Shown here in pieces: positions 37,099 to 45,034 of a DNA stretch of 64,000 nt. Made by a program: the position numbers and the translations under genes. Where the stretch lies: the NCBI GenBank assembly GCA_026196495.1, contig JAPHSY010000024.1:7604-71603 (forward strand). Reading direction: 5' to 3'. The stretch's first letter is position 1, and each line of letters starts with the position of its first letter. Below the pieces are notes generated by a model, which worked only from the letters and a program-made list of their open reading frames with translations, was not told where the DNA came from and ran no database searches. This stretch comes from Magnetovibrio sp. GTDB lineage: Bacteria > Pseudomonadota > Alphaproteobacteria > Rhodospirillales > Magnetovibrionaceae.

Positions 37099-39164
37099 TC
37101 TGCGGCTCCCGCTAAGAAACTTGGAATGGAGGTCAAGATACGTTCGACTTCTTCATCCGCAGCTTTGGCCCATGCCCGCAATGCTTTGCGGGCTTTGGAT
37201 GCATTACCGCTGCTGTGGGCTTCTGACTTAGCCGCCAATGCGGTGTTTAAAGCACTCAGCAGTTGCTCTGCTTGCGGCCATTGTCCCTGAATATGCGATA
37301 CCAGTGCATCAATGGGTTGGGCTTCGTTTCCACCTGACAATATCAACAGACGTTGAGCCGGTAGTTTCAAAGCTTCATCCACATGAACCAATGCCTGTTC
37401 ACGATTACCAGCCTGCTCTGCGCGCACGATATCTTGGCGTGCAACCCGGGCCAGGTCGGACAAGTGTTCAGCCACAACAGCGCCTGCAGCGCATTCACCT
37501 GTGGATGTTGCCGGTGGGACAAAGATTTTGTCATCGGCAATATCAAAGCGAAGTTTTTCAGCCTCCTCATCGATGTTGCTCAGAATAGGTTCAAGGATCG
37601 ATGCGATCCCGTCCGCACCTAGGCGTTCAGCCCAGGTGCGGACGGTCTCATCGGCCCCCCTGCCAGACTTGATGGCTTCCATGAGAAGCCGAATGGCTTT
37701 CTTTGCCCGTGCCGCAGGAAATACAGGACCCAAAATGCCGTGGTCATTTCCGTCACCACCAAGATGAAGTTGATAATGTGGAGCTGGTTTACCGGCAATT
37801 TTCTTCGCCACACCATGCAAGCCGATGTCGGCAATGTGGTGATGACCGCACGAATTGTGGCACCCAGAAATGCGCAGGCGTACCGATGGCAAACCGTCAA
37901 ATTCAGGTCCTGCATCCAACAAGCTTTCTGCCAATGCATGACTATCGGTGATGCCGATGGCGCAGGTGTAGGTTCCCGGGCAAGACACCAAATTGTCCAA
38001 AGCATGGTCTCGGCCGCTAGCATCCAAGCCGATGTTTTTCACGCCCTCAATAAACGTGCTGACGTTGCTTTTGTTTAAGCCGACGGCAACAATATTTTGA
38101 TCGCGCGTCAGGCGCAATTCAACTGCACCTGCGGCTTGCGCCAGACTGGCAAGCTTGTCCAACTGTGCTGATGTCAACCACCCCAATGGGATTTCAATGC
38201 CGACTGCGGACACGTTTTCGGACTGTTCAACCTCACCTCGCAAACGCAAGTTACCAGCATCTGTATTGTCTTGTTTCCAATCCAGTTCCGCCCAATGACG
38301 ACGTTCAAAATCACGGATCGTATTAAACTGATCATGGACCAAGCGCACAAACTCATCAGCACCAAAGCGTTTAACCAAAAATTTGATGCGTGAACGGTTT
38401 TTGTTTTCACGCGTGGAATGTGCCACATGAACACGCGTGATGGCTTCTTGAACCGCAGGAAGTGCGTCTTCGGTGACGAAGTCAAACACTTCAATGGATT
38501 TGGTCGGATGTGTTCCCAAACCGCCACCGACAACGACACGAAAACCTTTTTCGCCGTTCACTTCGGTGGCAATAAATCCCAGATCATCAATAGAACTTAG
38601 CCCGCAATCTTGGCCACAACCGGAAACCGTGGTTTTGAATTTACGTGGCATGTGTTGCACCAATGAATGGCGCAACCATGTACGGGCCAATTGATCCGCT
38701 GTGGTTGCTGCATCCGTTAACTCAGCACCACAAAACCCAGCTTTTGGGCATGCTGTTATGGCACGAAGAGTATTGCCGGATGCTTCACGGGTGCTCACGC
38801 CACCTAAGTTCAGGCTTTCAATTAACGGTGCCAGTTTCTTCAATTCAATGAAGTACAGTTGGATGCCTTGACGTGTGGTGATGTGGACATCGCCACCAGC
38901 ATGTGAAGCGTTTGCGCTTGCAATGGCACGCGCTTGATCAAAACTTAAGCGACCGCCAGGAAGCTTAAGACGCATCATATGCTCACCCACTTGACGCTGT
39001 TCATAAATACCAAAACGCAAACGGAAGGTTTTCCAGCGATCATCATGCCAGTCACCACCAATATAGTGGGAAATACCTTTGCGAAATTCGGCAATATCAT
39101 TAGTGGACGCCAAAGTTTGATCCGCAAAATCGGACCAGTCCGTGTTGGTGCGTTGATGTGTCAT
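37095..39164 (-). CDS. cysI: Siroheme-[4Fe-4S] sulfite (nitrite/sulfite) reductase hemoprotein with C-terminal extension
   Basis: RLRFGIYEQR, MRLKLPGG, HITTRQGIQL, PRKFK, CPGTYTC, ISGCHNSCGHHH; operon with cysH and cysC; ATG 39164 with AAGGA RBS. Confidence 0.85.
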   Translation of the reverse strand: MTHQRTNTDWSDFADQTLASTNDIAEFRKGISHYIGGDWHDDRWKTFRLRFGIYEQRQVGEHMMRLKLPGGRLSFDQARAIASANASHAGGDVHITTRQGIQLYFIELKKLAPLIESLNLGGVSTREASGNTLRAITACPKAGFCGAELTDAATTADQLARTWLRHSLVQHMPRKFKTTVSGCGQDCGLSSIDDLGFIATEVNGEKGFRVVVGGGLGTHPTKSIEVFDFVTEDALPAVQEAITRVHVAHSTRENKNRSRIKFLVKRFGADEFVRLVHDQFNTIRDFERRHWAELDWKQDNTDAGNLRLRGEVEQSENVSAVGIEIPLGWLTSAQLDKLASLAQAAGAVELRLTRDQNIVAVGLNKSNVSTFIEGVKNIGLDASGRDHALDNLVSCPGTYTCAIGITDSHALAESLLDAGPEFDGLPSVRLRISGCHNSCGHHHIADIGLHGVAKKIAGKPAPHYQLHLGGDGNDHGILGPVFPAARAKKAIRLLMEAIKSGRGADETVRTWAERLGADGIASILEPILSNIDEEAEKLRFDIADDKIFVPPATSTGECAAGAVVAEHLSDLARVARQDIVRAEQAGNREQALVHVDEALKLPAQRLLILSGGNEAQPIDALVSHIQGQWPQAEQLLSALNTALAAKSEAHSSGNASKARKALRAWAKAADEEVERILTSIPSFLAGAAE

Positions 39165-39273
39165 GTCTTCATCCTTTGTGATCAGGGCGCAAAGCCCCGG
39201 TCGTGGGCCGTTCTGTGGCCAACGTAAAAAATCAATAGAAATGGAAAGGTGTTCGGTTAAATCGCAGGCAGCC

Positions 39274-39372
39274 TTAAGCTGCTGCGCAAATACACATCGT
39301 GCACATATGCATTTGGGATGAAGTCGTAAGTCGCCCCATGGGCGCATGGAAAAGTGTATTTAAGTTCGTCAT
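39274..39372 (-). CDS. Putative Met/Cys-rich leader peptide (32 aa) MTNLNTLFHAPMGRLTTSSQMHMCTMCICAAA
   Basis: Manual translation; AAAGGCGGA SD-like element upstream; lies between the riboswitch and cysI in a different frame from cysI. Confidence 0.6.
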   Translation of the reverse strand: MTNLNTLFHAPMGRLTTSSQMHMCTMCICAAA

Positions 39373-39414
39373 GGCATCCGCCTTTGGTCTAATGGACCCG
39401 CGGATACTTTTCCG

Positions 39415-39474
39415 CGGCGCTTTAGCTTCGTTTTGTTAACGCGGTCGCAAGCTGCCCCCTCAAATCACCGCGTT
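39415..39474 (-). ncRNA. SAM-II (SAM-alpha) riboswitch
   Basis: P1 AACGCGGU/ACCGCGUU; conserved GAUUU, UUGC and GCUAAA; pseudoknot AGCUU(G)CG/CGAAGCU; heads a sulfur-assimilation operon. Confidence 0.85.
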
Positions 39475-39607
39475 TCAATTCAGCACCGCCTAAAGTGCTC
39501 AGGCTGAACCAACCTGATGCGCCTATAAAACACACAAAGAATGTTGTTGTCAAATATTAAAACATATTTTTTTGTGCTTTAATTTTAATATACATTTAAA
39601 TTAGTGT

Positions 39608-39922
39608 TTAATTAGAGTCGTTTTCTATTTTTTGTATGATTGGCCCCATCGCACGATAGCGTAAAATGGCCCCAATAATGATCATAATAACCCCAATAAG
39701 TGCCCAAAAAAATGGGTGCACTACTGTTTCTAATCTACTGAAAAAATAGCCTTTTGCGGGGGTAAGGATCGTTGAAAGCAATATATGTGCTGCCCCCAGC
39801 AATGTCAGCAGTATGCCACCTTTAAGCAGTGCCGAAAAAAGCAGGCACAGATTGGGCGATGCAATTTTCATGTCGTGTTCGACACGCTGCCAGTATTCTT
39901 TTGTGTCTGAACTGAGTTTCAT
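39608..39922 (-). CDS. Hypothetical two-TM membrane protein (104 aa)
   Basis: Two hydrophobic stretches; AT-rich region. Confidence 0.5.
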   Translation of the reverse strand: MKLSSDTKEYWQRVEHDMKIASPNLCLLFSALLKGGILLTLLGAAHILLSTILTPAKGYFFSRLETVVHPFFWALIGVIMIIIGAILRYRAMGPIIQKIENDSN

Positions 39923-40128
39923 GATCCCTCCGAAAACCGTAGGTGATGCATCATTATGGTGGGCATTTGGTAAACAAAGTGTATGTGATGGGAATCACAC
40001 ACCTGCGAATCGCTCTGTGTTACAATAACATTTCGAACTGGTTAACATTAACAGCCTGGAAAGGTTTAACAGTTATAATGCCATAACAATCAAGAACGAT
40101 TGGGCACCAGATAAAAGGAGACCTGAGA

Positions 40129-40302
40129 ATGAGGTACTACCTGAAAAATCTAGATGACGCTGCCAGCCAGCTATCGTCACTCGCCGACAATCTTGTACAG
40201 CACCTTGGTGTTGAAGGTGCTTTGCAGATGTGCCGTGAAAATTCTTGGTATGGAGTTATCCAAGAAATCAAAGGGCGACTTGACCAAGGTGTGCAGCACT
40301 AG
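40129..40302 (+). CDS. Small hypothetical protein (57 aa), not in the ORF track
   Basis: AAAAGGAG RBS; MRYYLKNLDDAASQLSSLADNLVQHLGVEGALQMCRENSWYGVIQEIKGRLDQGVQH. Confidence 0.65.
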   Translation: MRYYLKNLDDAASQLSSLADNLVQHLGVEGALQMCRENSWYGVIQEIKGRLDQGVQH

Positions 40303-40326
40303 GACCAATGAAACTTATGGTACGCA

Positions 40327-40866
40327 CTAAATGCGCGTCATATTTTCAATGATGAAATCGGCCACTGCGCCGATATCATTGAGGTCGATTTGTGGCACCT
40401 TTAAATCTGTTATTTCTTCATTTGTAGCAACGCCAATGACACTGTCATCTGTGTGCGCCAATAGTTTTTTGCCACGTTCCGGGCGGTGAACCTCAATTTT
40501 GGGGTAGCTGTGGGCTTTAAACCCTTCGATCAATAAAATATCGACAGGCGCCATTTTAGCGATCAGCTCATCCATCTCAAATTCTGGCTCTTCCCTTAAT
40601 TCATGCAGCAAAGCCCAACGTTTACGCGATGTCAGTAAAACCTCACGGGCTCCGGCTTCACGGTGGCGATAACTGTCTTTTCCTGGCTGGTCCATATCAA
40701 AATCATGATGGGTGTGCTTCATCGTCGAAACAGAATGCCCCCGGGCGATCAGCTCAGGTATCAGCGCGCTCAGAAGGGTTGTTTTGCCATTGCCGCTCCA
40801 CCCGATGACACCCATGATATGTTTCGGGCCGGTGGTGGCATTCGTCGTGTTGTGGTCCATATTCAT
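40327..40866 (-). CDS. mobB: Molybdopterin-guanine dinucleotide biosynthesis protein B
   Basis: GVIGWSGNGKTTL, KHTHHDFDMDQPGKDSYRHREAGA, LIEGFK...PKIEV. Confidence 0.95.
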   Translation of the reverse strand: MNMDHNTTNATTGPKHIMGVIGWSGNGKTTLLSALIPELIARGHSVSTMKHTHHDFDMDQPGKDSYRHREAGAREVLLTSRKRWALLHELREEPEFEMDELIAKMAPVDILLIEGFKAHSYPKIEVHRPERGKKLLAHTDDSVIGVATNEEITDLKVPQIDLNDIGAVADFIIENMTRI

Positions 40867-40921
40867 CCTGATTTCGCGCTTTTAATTTGTTCTGAATGGC
40901 GAACTATGTATGCTCAGCCCC

Positions 40922-41407
40922 ATGATGACAAGTAAAGAGACAATTTTAGTTCTGGGCCTTGGCAATATCTTGCTCACAGATGAAGCCGTTGGTGTCCGTA
41001 CGGTTGAAAAACTCGAATCACACCCTGCCCTGCCCAAATCGGGCGTTAAAACTATGGACGGTGGTACAATGGGTATATCTCTCATGGTCAACATGGAAGA
41101 TGCAGATGCCCTGATTGTCGTCGATGCAGCGGTTCTAAACCAACACGCTGGTGCGGTAGAGGTCTTCGAAGGTGAGGCAATGGACCATTTCCTCAGAACT
41201 CGTGGCCGCAGTCCTCATGACATAGGCCTTGATGACATTATGGATGGCCTACGCTTGCGCGAAGCGGTCCCCCACAAACGCGCATTGGTTGGCATTCAAC
41301 CCCAAGATATGACCGTTGGCGAGTCCCTCACCCCCGAGGTCGAAGCCGGAGTTCCGATTGCTGTTGAAGCCATCCTAAGTATAATAAAAGATTGGAACAA
41401 TGTATAA
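40922..41407 (+). CDS. hupD: [NiFe]-hydrogenase maturation endopeptidase
   Basis: VLGLGNILL.DEAVGV, DGGT.G, IVVDA, PHDIGL, LVGIQP. Confidence 0.92.
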   Translation: MMTSKETILVLGLGNILLTDEAVGVRTVEKLESHPALPKSGVKTMDGGTMGISLMVNMEDADALIVVDAAVLNQHAGAVEVFEGEAMDHFLRTRGRSPHDIGLDDIMDGLRLREAVPHKRALVGIQPQDMTVGESLTPEVEAGVPIAVEAILSIIKDWNNV

Positions 41408-41464
41408 TTAACGAATATGCGATTGTGCTAATAAATTAAAGGTCGTATAATTTACGTTCCAACA

Positions 41465-41486
41465 TTGTGAATACATTGCTTCACAA
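41465..41486. promoter_or_regulatory. Inverted repeat upstream of hupH-hynS (unknown regulator site)
   Basis: TTGTGAA-N8-TTCACAA. Confidence 0.45.
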
Positions 41487-41553
41487 AAGCCAATCGACTA
41501 TCGTAGTTTAAAGTGATTCGAATTTGGCGTATCGGTTAAGGGGGGACCAGCCG

Positions 41554-41982
41554 ATGGACTGCAAAATTCCACAAACTCATACTTCATCTGTCGCAGATGA
41601 AATTCTATCATATGTGGAAACTGGCAATGCTTCCCCGCTGCTACACGAAATCCAACACGCACTGACTACATTACTTGAGCAAGGCCGCGAAACCACCATT
41701 GATTTGGGGGCAATGCCCTTTGCCCCTGGTGATGAACGCATCCTTGATGAAGTTCTAGGTGAGGGCGAGGTTTATGCCACCATCACGATCATGGGTGAAA
41801 GCAAAATTCGTGAAACCGGTACGCCCGGTGTATGGCGAATTGACCATTTTGACGAAAACGGTGAATACCAATCACGGTTCATCGAAATCACCTTTATGCC
41901 AGACATTTTGAAGACTCAGCATGAAGATGCCGAACAGGGTCTTAAAGACCTACGCGAACGCATCACCACGCTAAAACCATAA
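41554..41982 (+). CDS. hupH: Hydrogenase expression/formation protein (HupH C-terminal-type)
   Basis: NA.PLLHEI..AL..L, IDL..MP, LGEGEV, IRETG.PGVW, RFIEIT..P.IL; position between hupD and the small subunit. Confidence 0.75.
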   Translation: MDCKIPQTHTSSVADEILSYVETGNASPLLHEIQHALTTLLEQGRETTIDLGAMPFAPGDERILDEVLGEGEVYATITIMGESKIRETGTPGVWRIDHFDENGEYQSRFIEITFMPDILKTQHEDAEQGLKDLRERITTLKP

Positions 41983-42009
41983 GTCCTAAACGGAAGGGAA
42001 AACCAAATC

Positions 42010-43098
42010 ATGGCGAATACCCCTATGTTGGCAGAAATGATGAAGACACACGGAATCAGCCGTCGCGCATTTATGAAGTATTGCGCATCGTTGACGTCGT
42101 TAATGGCTTTATCCCCTGCCCTGGCTCCACGCGTGGCAGAAGCATTGGAAAATGCCCCACGTCCATCAGTTATCTGGTTGTCATTCCAAGAATGCACAGG
42201 CTGTACGGAAGCCATCACTCGATCACACGCACCAACGATTGAAGATTTGATCTTCAATGCCGTTTCTTTGGACTATCACCACACCCTTCAAGCTGCATCA
42301 GGACATGCGGCAGAAGAGGCACGTGAGCATGCCATGAAGCAGCACTATGGAAAATATATTCTGATAGTTGACGGTTCTATTCCCATCAAAGACCCTGGTT
42401 ATTCCTGCATCGCCGGGATATCCAACCTGGATATGTTGAAAGAAACAGCGGCTGGTGCGGCGGCAATCGTTTCTGTCGGCACATGTGCGGCGTATGGCGG
42501 TGTTGGACATGCCGACCCGAACCCCACGGGTGCAGTTGCCGTGTCAGAAATTATCAAAGACAAACCCATCATCAACGTACCGGGTTGCCCTCCCATTCCG
42601 GTGGTGATGACTGGTGTTCTGGCGCACTTCTTGTCGTTCGGGATTCCGGAACTGGATGAGCTGGGCCGTCCCAAGGCCTTTTACGGAAACTCGATCCATG
42701 ATCGTTGTTATCGCCGTCCGTTCTATGACAAGGGCCAATTTGCCGAAGGCTTCGATGATGAAGGTGCCCGCGAAGGTTGGTGCCTGTACAAGTTGGGCTG
42801 TAAAGGTCCAACGACAAAGAGCGCATGTGCAACGGTAAAATGGAACAACGGTGTCAGCTTCCCCATTGAAGCCGGTCATCCCTGTCTGGGTTGTACGGAA
42901 CCGGATTTCTGGGACAACGGTGGGTTTTATAAGCCGCTGTCTGTACCCGCTGGTGATTATCGTGATGCTGGTTTGGCCGCTGTTGCGGGTGGTGCTGCAT
43001 TGGGTGCTGCCAGCGCGTTACTGGCGAAAGCCGGAAAAACAAAAGCGGCGCAAGCTCATGAAACTGTTGACGCCCATGATCTGGAGAAATCGTCATGA
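42010..43098 (+). CDS. hynS: Isp-type (group 1e) [NiFe]-hydrogenase small subunit
   Basis: Tat SRRAFMKYC; QECTGC, GTCAAYGG, GCPP, HDRCYRR, CLYKLGCKGP, HPCLGC. Confidence 0.95.
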   Translation: MANTPMLAEMMKTHGISRRAFMKYCASLTSLMALSPALAPRVAEALENAPRPSVIWLSFQECTGCTEAITRSHAPTIEDLIFNAVSLDYHHTLQAASGHAAEEAREHAMKQHYGKYILIVDGSIPIKDPGYSCIAGISNLDMLKETAAGAAAIVSVGTCAAYGGVGHADPNPTGAVAVSEIIKDKPIINVPGCPPIPVVMTGVLAHFLSFGIPELDELGRPKAFYGNSIHDRCYRRPFYDKGQFAEGFDDEGAREGWCLYKLGCKGPTTKSACATVKWNNGVSFPIEAGHPCLGCTEPDFWDNGGFYKPLSVPAGDYRDAGLAAVAGGAALGAASALLAKAGKTKAAQAHETVDAHDLEKSS

Positions 43099-43760
43099 AC
43101 AGTCCTGCATTTGATCTCTTGATGTGGGCGCGTGGACCCGCGTTTGACATCGCACTGACCATTTTCATAGGTGGTATTATCATTCGCGTTTTGGAAATTG
43201 TTATTCTTGGGCGCAAGAAAGATATGGCTGCACCAAAAGGCAATCCTGTTGCCCAAGGTTTTAAAACCATCTTTTCACGTTCAATCCCACGCGAAGGCTT
43301 AGTGAAGTTTGCCCCGATCACCTATCTCGGTGGATATATTTTCCACTTAGGTTTCTTTGTGGCGTTCTTATTTTTCGCTCCACATATTGCATTGTTCACA
43401 GATGCTTTTGGGATTAAGTGGCCGGATGCCGGACGCGTGATTATTGAAAGCGCTACGGCTTTGGCTGTTATTGCGTTGTTGGCGTTGATTTATTCACGCA
43501 TGACCGATCCAGTACGCAAAGCTTTGACGACATTTGATGATTACCTGGTTTTAATCCTGAGCGGTTTGCCATTGATCACAGGCTACGTCGCCGTCAACAA
43601 GTTGTTCGGTGACGGTCAAATGATGATCGCAATTCACATCTTAAGTGTTGAAGCTTTGATGATCGCCTTCCCGTTCACCAAGCTGATGCACGCTGTTACG
43701 TTCGTTATGTCGCGATACTACAACGGCACCATCCAAGGACGTAAAGGAGCGGAATCATGA
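43095..43760 (+). CDS. isp1: Isp1, NarI/DsrM-like membrane b-type cytochrome
   Basis: Five TM helices, heme His in YIFHLGF/FAPHI/IHIL/KLMH; FPFTKLMH motif; between hydrogenase S and L genes. Confidence 0.85.
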   Translation: MNSPAFDLLMWARGPAFDIALTIFIGGIIIRVLEIVILGRKKDMAAPKGNPVAQGFKTIFSRSIPREGLVKFAPITYLGGYIFHLGFFVAFLFFAPHIALFTDAFGIKWPDAGRVIIESATALAVIALLALIYSRMTDPVRKALTTFDDYLVLILSGLPLITGYVAVNKLFGDGQMMIAIHILSVEALMIAFPFTKLMHAVTFVMSRYYNGTIQGRKGAES

Positions 43761-45019
43761 GCGCGACAATCGACCGTGGCCTCAATGCGCTGCGTGAACA
43801 AATTGATTCTCCCGTTGCCAGCTTCTTTTCCAGCTGCGTAAGCTGTGGCCTTTGTGCCGAAGCCTGTATCTTCTACCGTGCAACGGAAGACCCAAAATAT
43901 ACACCAATCAAGAAACTGGATTTGATGCGCCGGGTTTGGGCGCGTGAGTTCACCTTGTTCGGCCGCATCGGTGGTATGTTAGGTTTGATCAAGCCGGTCA
44001 CCGATGAAGACCTCACTGAATGGGAAACTTTGGTCTATGACAGCTGCACCATGTGTGGGCGTTGTTCTTTGGTTTGTCCGGTGGGTAATGACATCACCAT
44101 GATGATCCGCAAAATGCGCGAAGGCATGAGTGCCGCAGGTCATGCACCTGTTGAATTGATCGGAGCGGCACAACGCCACACCGACAAAGGCAGCCCCATG
44201 GGAGACCTGAGCAAGGCTATCCATGCTCAAGTCAAACACGCCATTGATGAAACCGGGATTGAAATTGAATTCGACAAAGAAGGTGTCGATTACATGGTCA
44301 TCTTGTCGGCTCAAGAAATTGCCGAGTTCCCGGATGTTTTATCTGCCATGGCTCGCATTTTCAAAAAAACAGGGGTGACTTGGACAATTTCCAGTGAGGC
44401 CTTTGAAGCCACCAACGTTGGCATCCAACTGGGTAACCGTGATGTTGCCAAGGTTTTGGTGTCTCGCGTAGTTGAGGCTGCTGAAAAGCTTAAAGTCAAA
44501 GGTATCATCAGCCCTGAATGCGGTCATGCGTATCAAGCCCTTCGTTGGGAAGGCCCGAACCTCATTGGGCGCACTTATCCGTTCGAAGTTGTTCATATTA
44601 TCGAGTTGTTAGATCGGCTCCGTGCTGAAGGTAAGTTGAAGACCAAAGGCAAAAACACCGACCGTTTGACTTTCCACGATCCATGTCAAATCAACCGTCG
44701 CGGCGGCATCAATCAAGAACCCCGCAACTTGATGAACATGGTTTCAGAAGATTTTGTCGAAATGGAAAGCGGCGGCACCATGAATTGGTGTTGTGGCGGC
44801 GGGGGCGGTGTCGGTGCCAATGAACGCGCCGAAAAACTGCGTCACGCGGCCTTTAAATTCAAGAAAATCCAAATCGACAAAGTCGAACCGGATGCCATCG
44901 TGACCATGTGCGCATATTGCCATCACACTTTGGACAACGTGTTTGAAGAGTTTGACATCGAACAAGACGTCATCGGTCTGACTGAACTGGTCGCCGAATA
45001 TCTCGATGATGATGCCTGA
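43757..45019 (+). CDS. isp2: Isp2, heterodisulfide-reductase/DsrK-like Fe-S protein with CCG domains
   Basis: CVSCGLCAEAC, CTMCGRCSLVCP, ECGH, FHDPCQ, WCCGGGGG, CAYC. Confidence 0.88.
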   Translation: MSATIDRGLNALREQIDSPVASFFSSCVSCGLCAEACIFYRATEDPKYTPIKKLDLMRRVWAREFTLFGRIGGMLGLIKPVTDEDLTEWETLVYDSCTMCGRCSLVCPVGNDITMMIRKMREGMSAAGHAPVELIGAAQRHTDKGSPMGDLSKAIHAQVKHAIDETGIEIEFDKEGVDYMVILSAQEIAEFPDVLSAMARIFKKTGVTWTISSEAFEATNVGIQLGNRDVAKVLVSRVVEAAEKLKVKGIISPECGHAYQALRWEGPNLIGRTYPFEVVHIIELLDRLRAEGKLKTKGKNTDRLTFHDPCQINRRGGINQEPRNLMNMVSEDFVEMESGGTMNWCCGGGGGVGANERAEKLRHAAFKFKKIQIDKVEPDAIVTMCAYCHHTLDNVFEEFDIEQDVIGLTELVAEYLDDDA

Positions 45020-45034
45020 TAGGGAAATTGAAAA

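Noticed and set aside
39164-39347. 61-aa Cys-containing N-terminal extension of CysI suggested by the ORF track
   Set aside because: The RBS and the start of homology favour ATG 39164; the upstream region is better explained by the leader ORF in another frame and the riboswitch
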